Source of the DNA: Candidatus Saccharimonadota bacterium
GTDB lineage: Bacteria > Patescibacteriota > Gracilibacteria > BD1-5 > UBA6164
DNA length: 32,000 nucleotides
NCBI GenBank assembly: GCA_965229705.1
Contig: OZ245922.1
Span: 570,001-602,000, forward strand
Direction of reading: 5' to 3'
This document shows positions 9,955-19,534 of the stretch, one piece after another (within the stretch, counting starts at the first letter, position 1; each line of letters opens with the position of its first letter). Below the pieces are notes generated by a model that saw only the letters and a program-made list of their open reading frames with translations, did no database searches and had not been told where the DNA came from. Made by a program: the position numbers and the translations under genes.

Positions 9955-10198
9955 GGTATACTTCTACAAGGTATATTTGCCCATCAATAACTATCTCTCC
10001 TACAACTTCCTGCTTTTTCTCTACTGTTCACTGTAGCGCGCTCGCGCCCCCCATACTCTGTATGTATTCAGCATGGGTTCACTGACTCAATAAACCGAGG
10101 CATATAATCATCATTGCTATAACTATAACAGTAAAAGTTCCGTTTTGTAATGTTTCATCAAAAAATTTGTAATACTGCTCAATAAATATTTGCGCCAT
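9947..10198 (-). CDS. Small hypothetical membrane-anchored protein (83 aa)
   Basis: ATG at 10198-10196, TAA at 9949-9947. One TM helix (FTVIVIAMMIICLGLL). Convergent 8-nt overlap with the previous gene. Confidence 0.4.
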
Positions 10199-10360
10199 AT
10201 ATACTTCTCAAAAAATAGAATTCTTATATATTTTTGCATATATTTATCAATCTGTCAAAAAAATATGCCTATTTTTGGTATATGGGCAAAAAATGTATGA
10301 TTAAGAGATGAGTTTATAGTATAAGATGTTAAATCTTAGAGCGTTATTTACACTTTTTCA

Positions 10361-10404
10361 GTACAGATTATCCAAAAGTGTAAACAACCCTAGAGTTTCT
10401 TACA
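10361..10404 (-). repeat. Solo 44-bp IS481-type terminal inverted repeat (exact inverted copy of 23619-23662)
   Basis: The reverse complement is TGTAAGAAACTCTAGGGTTGTTTACACTTTTGGATAATCTGTAC, identical to the repeat 34 nt upstream of the transposase fragment at 23696. It lies in a 460-bp AT-rich non-coding stretch. Confidence 0.8.
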
Positions 10405-10602
10405 AGTAATTTATATTGTAAAAATCAAGTTTTTTCCAATTAATAAAATACTTTTTTCCATATAATAGCCTCTTATATAGTATAAAAAAATTGCACAAAA
10501 ATAAGGTAAAAACCATTTATTAACACTATTTTTAAACTATAAATAACTTATAAGTTCCACTATCTCACTAGGTCATAGATTTTATGTTATTTTTCAGGTA
10601 AT

Positions 10603-10632
10603 AAAAAAATCTCTATTTCTAGAGATTTTTAA
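10603..10632. terminator. AT-rich bidirectional hairpin
   Basis: aaaaatctct-atttct-agagattttt, a 10-bp stem flanked by A/T runs. Confidence 0.35.
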
Positions 10633-10667
10633 TATTTACATATTTATAAATTATTTTTTAATATACT

Positions 10668-10688
10668 TGGAGCGGGGGACCAGGTTTG
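10668..10688 (-). repeat. 21-nt direct repeat of the 3' end of tRNA-Gly(UCA) (att-like scar)
   Basis: tggagcgggggaccaggtttg is identical at 10668-10688 and 10877-10897. Weaker similarity continues a few nt further (gtgt). Confidence 0.75.
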
Positions 10689-10837
10689 CCTCTTACACTA
10701 CAATCCCCTATCAGGGATTGTAGCTCCAGTAGGGCACTCGGTGATTGCTCCTTTTCGTCGCAATCAATTTTCATCTTTGCGCTACGCGCAGACTGAAAAT
10801 CAGAGCCTCACTTCAAACCTGATCTCATTTCAGAGAA

Positions 10838-10862
10838 ATAAAAAAGCACCACATCCGTGGTA
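10838..10862 (-). terminator. Putative terminator just 3' of the tRNA
   Basis: The minus strand reads taccac-ggat-gtggtg followed by ctttttt. Confidence 0.45.
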
Positions 10863-10876
10863 CTCTTTGATTTCTC

Positions 10877-10955
10877 TGGAGCGGGGGACCAGGTTTGAAC
10901 TGGCACACCCAAGGGTTGAAGCCTTAGTACACTCACTCTTTTATGTTACCCCCGC
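10877..10955 (-). tRNA. tRNA-Gly with anticodon UCA (reads UGA), CCA encoded
   Basis: Minus-strand sequence GCGGGGGTAACATAAAAGAGTGAGTGTACTAAGGCTTCAACCCTTGGGTGTGCCAGTTCAAACCTGGTCCCCCGCTCCA. 7-bp acceptor stem, T arm GCCAG/TTCAAAC/CTGGT, anticodon loop CUUCAAC. Bacterial Gly identity set G1:C72, C2:G71, G3:C70, U73. Confidence 0.85.
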
Positions 10956-11060
10956 AAAATGTAGCCAATGAAGTATATAAGCCAGAGAAAACGAGTCAAA
11001 TTTATTTTACTCTCCGAAAAAGCAAGGTATCATACAAGCAAGTAATTTTTATAAAAAAAT

Positions 11061-11807
11061 ATGAGCCTGCAATTTATTGTTTCTATCTTTGAACAATTTC
11101 TCCAAACAAGTTATACCTATTTTGAACTGCTCGCACCAAAGATGATTGCCGCGACAATCATACTTGTTTTTTGAGCAATTATCTCCTACGCAATATATAG
11201 GTTCTCTATGTATGTTTTTTGGAAGTTTGGCATTGTCGAACTCATCAATAGTCTCTGGGAATGATTTGAAGAAAATACTACAAAAATTGTCGATAAAACA
11301 CTCGACGATAACAAAGAAAAAACCGAAACAAGTACACAAATATCACCAAAGCAAGAAAGTAAAAAAATTCGATATGACCGAATCATCTCAAAATCTCTCT
11401 CCTACTATATCTTCCTCCTCTTTTTTCGCTGGGCAATCGTAGTGCTAGGGATTAGCGAAATAGAGAAATTTATGAGTGATCTCATAGGATACCTGCCAAA
11501 TCTCTTTATTGGTGTGATTATTTGATTTTTTTGAGTGCGTTTTGCGAACTCTGTTCACGATATCATCTACCAGGCTCTCGAACTCACCAAAGATAAAACA
11601 TCGAAGATCATTGCCATGTGAGCCAAGATCATCATCATGTTTTTTACCCTGATGATTATGCTTAACTATATCCAAATCGTTGACGAGTTTATTATCAACT
11701 CCCTCTTCCTCGGTTTCATCACGACACTCACTATCTCTCTTGGACTCTCTTTTGGACTCGGAGGAAAAGACATTGCAAGGCAAATATTAGAAAGTTTTCG
11801 TAAATAA
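11061..11807 (+). CDS. Multi-pass membrane protein with 'conserved TM helix' repeats (MscS-related N-terminal type)
   Basis: ATG at 11061, TAA at 11805-11807. Translation ...APKMIAATIILVFGAIISYAIYRF... and ...LPNLFIGVIIGFFGVRFANSVHDIIYQAL..., separated by a K/E-rich linker. The alternative frames in the track (11146-11442 +, 11445-11783 -) fall in low-complexity sequence. Confidence 0.7.
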
Positions 11808-13225
11808 TGAAACAAGATTTTCTTCAGTATATACAAGAGAACTTTGATTTTTCTCCTGAAGAGTTTCAGGAATTTCAAGATACTCTCTCAAAACCACTCA
11901 AAAAAACTATTCGCGTGAATACCAATAAAATTTCTGTCAAAGATTTTCAAACCCTCGCAGAAAAAAATTGATGGAAGCTCTCTCCAACACCTCTTGGAAA
12001 AAATATGTTGTATATCGATCGAGATGATACGACGCTGGCGCTGGGAAATACGCTTGAACATATTGCCGGCTATTTTTATGTGCAGGAACTAGCTGCAAGT
12101 TCTTCTCCTTTTTATATGTCAGGTGATGAAATTGACTCTTCTTGTTACCGCATTCTTGATATGTCGGCAAGTCCATGAGGAAAAACGACCCAACTCGCAG
12201 AGTATTATCCACAATCTACTATTATCGCCAACGAACTCGATAAATCTCGCATGCGACAACTGCATGAAAACATTGATCGAATGTGAGTAAAAAATGTTTT
12301 TGTGACCAACTATGACTGACGATACTTTTCAAACTTTCCCGAGAGTTTTGATAAAATTCTTCTTGATGCTCCCTGCTCTGGAGAAGGAACTGCCTACAAA
12401 AACAGTGACGCTCTCAAGTACTGGAACATCAAAAATATTAACAGAATTGCCAAACTCCAGTACCAACTCCTCGAGTCAGCATATATGGCGCTCAAACCAT
12501 GAGGAGAACTCGTCTACTCTACCTGTACTCTCAACCGTATAGAAAACGAAGAAGTCATCAAGAAACTTTGTGATCGTTATGGTAGCCACCTTCATATTAT
12601 TTCCTTGAATCCATTCAAAGCAAAAAAGAGAGGAAAAAAACAAGAGGAAAACTCACACATCATTCGTTCTTGGCCACACAAGAATGCGGCATGATGATTC
12701 TTTGTTGCAAAACTGATAAAGAAATCATCTCTGAGCAATGGTGGTGGAGAGTCGGAAAGGAAATTCAAAAAAAAACAGTCTTTTTGAAAAGTCTCTCAAT
12801 GATTTGAAAAGCTTGCAAAAAGGAGTGAAAAAATAATGCAAAGTTTCTTAGCTACAAGCTTTGGTCTCTCTCTCAAAGGACGCTTTTATACCTATAAAAA
12901 TGAGGTATATTATAGCGAGATATTTCCTGATACTTTTTGGGAAAATTTTTTCTTTTTTCAGTGTGGAGTGAAGATAGGGAGAATAGAAAACGGTGTTTTT
13001 GAACCAAACTTTTTTCTCTGAACACATTTTTGAATATTTCAAAAAAGAAGCATTGCTGTAAACAGTACAGAGCTCCATACCCTTTTTTGTGGAGGAGAGG
13101 TTCCTCTCTCACTATTTGAGAAGAATAAGTATATCTGAAGTCATGAATGATATTTCCAGATAGTGCTTGAAAATATTCCTGCTGGAATCGTGAGAATAAA
13201 AAATGGAGTGATGAAATCTCTTTTA
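11807..13225 (+). CDS. NOL1/NOP2/Sun-family rRNA m5C methyltransferase (RsmB/RsmF-like)
   Basis: The ATG overlaps the preceding TAA (taATGa). Motifs: YFYVQELAA, ILDMSASPGGKT, FDKILLDAPCSGEGT, LKPGGELVYSTCT. As written, the frame stops at TAG 13223-13225. A more family-like C-terminus (..IKNGVMKSLLETRFMRK, stop 13246-13248) lies in the -1 frame after an A5 run at 13198-13202. Confidence 0.85.
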
Positions 13226-13335
13226 GAAACTCGTTTTATGAGGAAATAAACTTCAGAGATACGAAGTTTTTCGCATTTTCCTCCCTTGATTTTTGACCAA
13301 AAAACATACAATACCCGCGTTTATAAAAAGCATCT

Positions 13336-14721
13336 ATGAAGTACAAAGTTTTTGGCTGTAAAGTAAATAAATACTACACTGATAAATGGCTCAACTCTGA
13401 GTATCTTCGTGATAAGTCAGGGACCTTTGTTGCCAGCTGCGTGGTAACTGATAATGCAAAAAGAAAGTGGGTACGTTTTGTGAGACAAGAACTTCAAAAC
13501 ATTTCAGGAACAGAAAAGATATATATTTCTGGTTGTGGAGCATTTAAAGACGGAAAAGCTCAAAATGATTTTTTTGAGATATATCCAGAGCTTGCTCACG
13601 CAAAAAAACAGATAGAAGTCCTTGATGAAGAACCTCAAAACTCCCCCTCTCAAAAAAACCTTATCCCCAAGCCCTCTCTTCTCAAAGCAGGAGAAAGTTC
13701 CATATGAGAGGACTCATCTTTTTCTTCAAAAATTCACAAACTCAAACAAGCTCAGTCTCACCAAATCTATACAAAAAAATTTATCCTTATCCAGTGAGGC
13801 TGTGATAGTTTTTGCACCTTTTGCCTTACCGTTCAAAAACGAGGAAGACACTATTTTCGAGCCAAAGAAGATATTGTTGAAGAAATACGAGATTTTGAGT
13901 GACAATGAGGAAAAGAAGTCGTACTCACAGGCGTCAATCTCTCTGCATGGGGATTAAGTAACACTCATGATATACAAAATTTTTCTCCATGGCTTGTAAA
14001 AAATGGCGAGTCATGATGAGGTTCACGGTTCTCAGAACTCCTCGAATATATTCTTGAAAACACCTCTCTTCCTCGTATCCGCATATCTTCTCTCGGTCCA
14101 GAATTTATTGATGAGGCGTGCATAAAAATGTTTTCTCACGAGCGCATTTATCCTCATTTTCATTTTTCTCTTCAGTCATGATCAACCAGTATTCTCCGTT
14201 CTATGGCGAGACACTACGATGGAGAATACCTAAAAACACTTCTCAGAAAAATGCGTCAAATACGACGAGAAGACGGAGTAGATATTTCTCTATGAGCAGA
14301 TATGATTGTTGGTTTTCCTGGAGAAACAGAAGAAGACTTTATGGAGAGCTACCATCTTGTAGAAGAGTTTCAGATAAGCAAGCTCCACGCTTTTCCCTTT
14401 TCTGCCCATACGATGTGAGAATCTGTCCCAGCAGGAAAGTTTTGAAAGCAAGTGTCAGAGGGTATCAAAAAAGAACGCATGAAAAAACTTATGAAACTCT
14501 GAGATCGTATTCGCAAGGATTTTCGTGAATCTCAAAGAGGAAAGCTGTTGAAGGTTTTAGTGGAAAAGTCCCATACTTGAACCAACACTTCTCCCCAAAA
14601 AGATGGAAAAACTCCCTGGTCATGATGGACAGAAAACTATCTTGAAGTAGCTGAAAATCAGTTTGAAATTATTGCAGGACAAGCAAAAAAAAATAGTATT
14701 ATCGTATGAAAACTCCGATAA
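13336..14721 (+). CDS. mtaB: Radical-SAM methylthiotransferase, MtaB-like (tRNA t6A37 methylthiotransferase)
   Basis: N-terminus [13 protein letters not shown], radical-SAM [38 protein letters not shown], and a TRAM-like C-terminus. 461 codons; stop TAA 14719-14721. Confidence 0.8.
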
Positions 14722-15191
14722 AATACTCATCTTATATACTCCCTCCTCTCATCATTTTTAGTTTGATGAGTATATTGATATGTATTGACGCATATACCAA
14801 ACATCTCTCTGAAAGTATTATATCTCCTCTTATGATTCTTGGGGATATTATTTCTCTCGAATATGTACAAAATAGGGGTATCGCTTTTTCGCTTCCCCTC
14901 ACCTGAATAGCTCTCAAAACTGTGACTCTTATTTTGATTTTTTGAATAATATATTATTATTTGACGCAGGAAAAAAAGAAACACTCTCTACTCTTAGACG
15001 CTTGATATCTCTTTATTGTGAGTGGAGCTGTGTGAAATGCGTGGGAAAGAATTTTCCATTGATATGTTACCGACTTTATAGCTGTGAAATATTTTGCAGT
15101 TTTCAATATGGCAGATGCCTATATTAGCCTTGGCGTATTTCTCATCATTTTATACTATATATATACTACACCATGTGACCAAGAAAAGTAG
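14706..15191 (+). CDS. lspA: Lipoprotein signal peptidase (signal peptidase II)
   Basis: Translation ...NRGIAFSLPL...SGAVGNAWERIFHGYVTDFIAV..FAVFNMADAYISLGV... Overlaps the mtaB end by 16 nt. Stop TAG 15189-15191. Confidence 0.85.
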
Positions 15192-15916
15192 TGCTAACAG
15201 ATATATGAATCCATACTCTTTGAGCTCTGATAGCAGGATTTATATGAAGTATCGTCATAGTCCTTATCGTGTTTATTACTTCAAGTATTATCAATATTCC
15301 TGGAACATTTGAGCAGGCTCGTCTTGGCTGAGATACTAACGCCTTGTTTCCATTTATCCTTTCTTTTATCACATTTATTGCCAGCTCTCTGAGTCATTTT
15401 TTAGGGATAAAAATACTTTCACTCACAAATCCTGAAAAGTATAGTACCAATATTGCGAGTTATGGACAGTTTGCATTTTTCTGAATACTTTGTTATATCT
15501 GTATGACTCCTGTGTATGTGTATATGTGACTGCAAAACTATGAGCTTATCATGATGGTATTTATTATCCATGTCCTCACTCTGAGCTTTGGAATCTCTCT
15601 TTTGCTAGAAATATGTAATAGCTATCAACATGTTCTTGTGGGAATATATGGGAGTTTTGTAGGACTCTTTTTTGCTGGAGTGATCACGATAGGTATCTTC
15701 TCTTCTTTTGAATCATGATATGCAAAGCTTCTCTCTCTTCTTATCATGCTTCCTCTTATTCAGTCATGTCTGACTCTGGTAAAGTGATGTTTTGAATGGT
15801 GATATTATCAATACTATCTTTTCACGAATACTGATGGTTTATGAGATATTCTTTACAGAATTGAACAAGAAGCAAAACAGCAAGAAAAAGAAGAAGAAAT
15901 GAAAAATAATTTATAA
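15173..15916 (+). CDS. Hypothetical polytopic membrane protein (247 aa)
   Basis: The frame is open from 15128. ATG at 15173 (alternative GTG at 15191), TAA at 15914-15916. Several hydrophobic helices and a K/E-rich tail. Confidence 0.6.
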
Positions 15917-15933
15917 AAAATAATGTCTATATC

Positions 15934-16467
15934 ATGAAAGATTTTGTCCTGCAAATACTCACATTTTACAAAGAGAAAATGCGATCCCCAAAGCTAGACG
16001 AGCTCACGCTCGTACCAGAAGAATATAAAAATACTCAGTGATGCGTGTGTATCACACTCTATGTGGATGGTGAAGTTCGAGGATCAGCAGGAAATATCAA
16101 AGAAATTCACGGATGTATTGCTGAAGAAATCATTGCTTCAACGATAGAGGCGCTGACGAATGACTCTCGTTTTGGTCCTCTAAAACGGGAAGAGTTTGAT
16201 CGTATAGAGTTCCGCGGGGATATAATTAAAGAGAGAGAAATGGTACATATAAAAGACCTTGAGGCCATAGATCCCGTAAAACTTGGAGCTATCACTATTG
16301 CTCGAGATTATGAATCTCTCGCGTTTATTCTGCCTAATATTTCACCAAAACTCCTTACAGGAGCTGACAGTATTTCCGCACTTTCTCAAAAATTGTGATG
16401 AGCAAAACTTGATGATAAAAAGTATATTTTTTATACCATATCTACAAAGTCTGAGACGAGTTTTTAG
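15934..16467 (+). CDS. AMMECR1-domain protein
   Basis: Translation ...GCVCITLYVDGEVRGSAGNI...IEALTNDSRFGPLKREEFDRIEF... Stop TAG 16465-16467. Confidence 0.75.
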
Positions 16468-16482
16468 GAGAAAGTCATAAAC

Positions 16483-16836
16483 CTATCACACCTCCACATT
16501 CGGGTATCTTGTAACTCTATGCCCTGTCGGTATTTTGAGTATTGCAAGAACATCAAACTGAATATTTTGTAGAGATACCGCGTTTTTTTTACAATAATAT
16601 TCCATAGTTTTTCGACATTTTTTGAGTTTTGCTGGAATAATAGATTCTTCAGGAGAACCATAACCAAGATGAGAACGATATTTTACTTCTATAAAATGAT
16701 ATCTGTGATGTTTTTGGGCAATAATATCTATCTCTCCAAACCGTCAAAATCGAAAATTTGTCTCACAAATCTGATAGTTATGACGCTGCAAGTATTTTAT
16801 AGCAATAACCTCCCCCTCATCTCCTTTGTGTTTCAT
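16483..16836 (-). CDS. yraN: YraN-family (UPF0102) endonuclease-like protein
   Basis: Translation MKHKGDEGEVIAIKYLQRHNYQICETNFRFGRFGEIDIIAQKHHRYHFIEVKYR... 117 aa, stop TAG 16485-16483. Confidence 0.8.
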
Positions 16837-16895
16837 AAACTTTATTTTACAGATTTCTGCATTATACTCATAAAAATATTTTCCAAAGAAAAAAC

Positions 16896-18560
16896 ATGTC
16901 ACTCGTAGATGATCTCGAATCAAGTATAGATATCGTAGATTTGGTATGAAGATATACCAAGCTAAAAAAAACAGGAACAAACTATAAGTCGATCTGCCCT
17001 TTTCCTGGACATAATGAAAAAACACCGAGCTTTGTTGTCTCTCCAGCAAAACAAATAGGTTACTGTTTTGGCTGCCATAAATGAGGCTGACCTATCAAGT
17101 TTCTCATGGATATAGAAAATATGGAGTTTCGTGACGCTCTACAAACACTCGGAAATATTACTGGTCGAGAAATTCCATGATATACCGAAAGTAAGGAAAA
17201 AATTGAAATCAAAAAAAATCTCTACTCTCTCTACAAAGACGCATGTTCATACTATAAAGCAAGTCTCAAAAAACATCCCGAGGTCAAAAAATATCTCTCA
17301 GAAAGATGAGTGCTGCAGGAAGAAATAGATAAATTCCAGTTTGGTTATGCTGATAGTGGTGTAGGACTCTATAACTTCTTAAAAGAAAAATGATATGATG
17401 ACGCCCTTATCGAGTCGTCACAAATATTTGTACAACTCAAAGCGCGAAAAGACAAATTTATCTCTCGAATCATATTCCCTATCTCAAACCTCAGAGGTGA
17501 TATCGTCGGTTTTGCTGGGAGAATTATTGGTTCAGGAGAACCGAAATACCTCAACTCTCCTGCAAGCCATATTTATGATAAGTCTTCTATTTTGTATTGA
17601 CTCTATGAGGCTCGATCAAGTATTACAAAAAATGATAGAGTCATTATTACTGAGTGATACATGGATACTATTGCTCTACATAGGGCAGGATTTTTTGAAT
17701 CAGTTGCTGTCTCAGGAACAGCTCTCACAGAAAAACATATCACTCTGCTCAAACGACTCACTCATAAGATATATCTGTGTTTTGATAACGATAAGGCGTG
17801 AGAGCAAGCAACACGAAACTCTCTTGAGATACTCAAAAATAAGGGATTAGAAATAAAGATTATCCTCCTCAAGTGAGCAAAAGATCCCGATGAGTACCTC
17901 GAAAAAGGAAAAGATTTTTCTGAGCTGATTGTCTCGGCTCGTTCTCCTATCATGTACTTTATTGAAAAAAATAGCTATAATCTTGAAAGTATTGATGAAA
18001 AAAAGAAGTTTCTCACCGAAATTCTCGAAGTTACTGAGAGTTATAGTGATCCGGTAGAACAAGATATGTATCTGAAAGAAGTAGCAAAGATGAGTCATAC
18101 TCCTCTTCAGATTCTCTATGAAATGAGTAAAAAAAGACACTATCGAACAAAAACTGAACCATCAAAACCCCCTGAGATCACTCTCACTCCCGAAGACATG
18201 TTGCTCGCTTTTCTCTATGAATTTGTAGAGTTCTTTTCCGTAGCAAAAAAAGAGCTTGTTTTTCTTGATGGTGCTCATGAATGATTTATGAAGAGTCTTG
18301 AAGCAGCATGATCTGATATAAATACTCTTTCTCTTGAAAAAAAAGAGCAGCTCAGAGGTCTTGGTATGCAACTCAGTGAGAGTCTCGATTCACCAGAACA
18401 AAGAGAAAAAAAACTCCAAGCCCTCATATGAGAAACAAATAAATATCACTTTAAGCGTTTGTGAGAAATATATAAGTGAGAAATGAATTCTTGAGACACT
18501 TTCGCACTTCAAAAATACTCTGAACTCATGAAAAAGTGAAAAGAGTATGGAATGAAGTAG
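16896..18560 (+). CDS. dnaG: DNA primase
   Basis: Zinc ribbon [15 protein letters not shown]...[14 protein letters not shown] domain [19 protein letters not shown]. Toprim [15 protein letters not shown]...LCFDNDKAG. 554 aa, stop TAG 18558-18560. Confidence 0.9.
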
Positions 18561-18569
18561 GTGGTAAGA

Positions 18570-18862
18570 AAAAGGGGAGGACTCAAAAAGTTATAGTAAG
18601 CTTGTAGCCTCTTTCCTTTGAGAACAAAGGAAAGAATTCAAGATAGGAATTGATACACTTATTCCACCTCTGAATCTCCTCCTTTTAACAAAAAAGGAAG
18701 GGAGCGAGAAAAGAACTCAAGATAAGAATTGAGAAAACATATTACTTATTCCACCTCTGAATCTCCTCCTTTTAACAAAAAAGGAGGAGGACTCAAAACT
18801 TGATAGAAAGTCTGCAGCCTCTTTCCTTTGAGAACAAAGGAAAGAATTCAAGATAGGAATTG
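18570..18862 (+). repeat. Tandem intergenic repeat array built from two hairpin modules (about 2.7 copies of a ~118-nt unit, one with an internal deletion)
   Basis: gcctctttcctttgagaacaaaggaaagaattcaagataggaattga occurs at 18607 and 18817. cttattccacctctgaatctcctccttttaacaaaaaagga occurs at 18658 and 18745. A degenerate partial unit runs into the next start codon. Confidence 0.8.
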
Positions 18863-18895
18863 AATATAAAATATTTTACTTACCCCCATCTCTTA

Positions 18896-19345
18896 ATGAA
18901 AAATATTTCAAACATCATTGCTATAGGAGCCATAAGTCTGAACACTGCCGCAGCAGAAAATCCTCCTGAATATGTTCAAACATACATAGATTATTTTGGT
19001 GCATGCTTAAGAGATATTGAAGATGAGTATGGAGATGAACAACTTTTCAAGAGGGTCAATACAGATAATGAAGAAAAACTTCGCATTGTTACTGTTATTG
19101 AAAGATGGTGGAAAATAGTACAAAATACTTACTTTGTACTTGAAGATGAGTGAACAATAACAGAGGTACATGTTGCTGATTATACTGATGATGCTTTACG
19201 ACAATTGATTTTAGGTTGTATCATCAATACTGAGCAAGAAAATATTTGAAACTACATCCTGAGAAGAAATACTCGTCAAAAAGTGCTTATCATAACTGAC
19301 GCTAATAGATATTGGTGACTCATGAACACATTGTTTTTAGAGTAG
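18896..19345 (+). CDS. Small secreted hypothetical protein (149 aa)
   Basis: ATG at 18896. Signal-peptide-like MKNISNIIAIGAISLNTAAA. Reads through 3 TGA; stop TAG 19343-19345. Confidence 0.6.
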
Positions 19346-19493
19346 GGTTTCCTCTCTATTTTATATTTTTCTACTTATTTTTTGCATTTACTCATTTCCT
19401 CCCTATAATCCATCACGAAATAGAGAAAAAATATCTCTATAAAGATTCCCCCTATATACGAAGTAAAAAGTATAATCCAACACAAGCAGCTTT

Positions 19494-19521
19494 CTTCTAG
19501 AAATATTCTAGAAGGTTTTTT
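19494..19521 (+). terminator. Intrinsic-terminator-like hairpin 14 nt upstream of the rpoD start
   Basis: cttctagaa-ata-ttctagaag, a perfect 9-bp stem, followed by gtttttt. Confidence 0.6.
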
Positions 19522-19534
19522 AATATAAAAAAAT

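Noticed and set aside
10668-10876. tmRNA (ssrA), suggested by the structured RNA ending in a tRNA-like ...GGTCCCCCGCTCCA tail.
   Set aside because: No complementary 5' acceptor strand exists apart from the neighbouring tRNA's own. There is no G3:U70 Ala identity pair and the T arm is disrupted (aagag instead of gccag). No plausible tag reading frame ends in a hydrophobic Ala-rich tail.
18570-18862. CRISPR array.
   Set aside because: The repeats are of two interleaved kinds with unequal spacing (85 and 210 nt). The 'spacers' are themselves repeated. The units are hairpin modules, and no cas genes are nearby.
19312-19500. 62-aa hydrophobic ORF between the small secreted-protein gene and rpoD.
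   Set aside because: It starts only at a non-ATG codon overlapping the upstream gene and has no motif support. It may simply be 3' UTR ahead of the 19494-19521 hairpin. It is not excluded, but it is unsupported.
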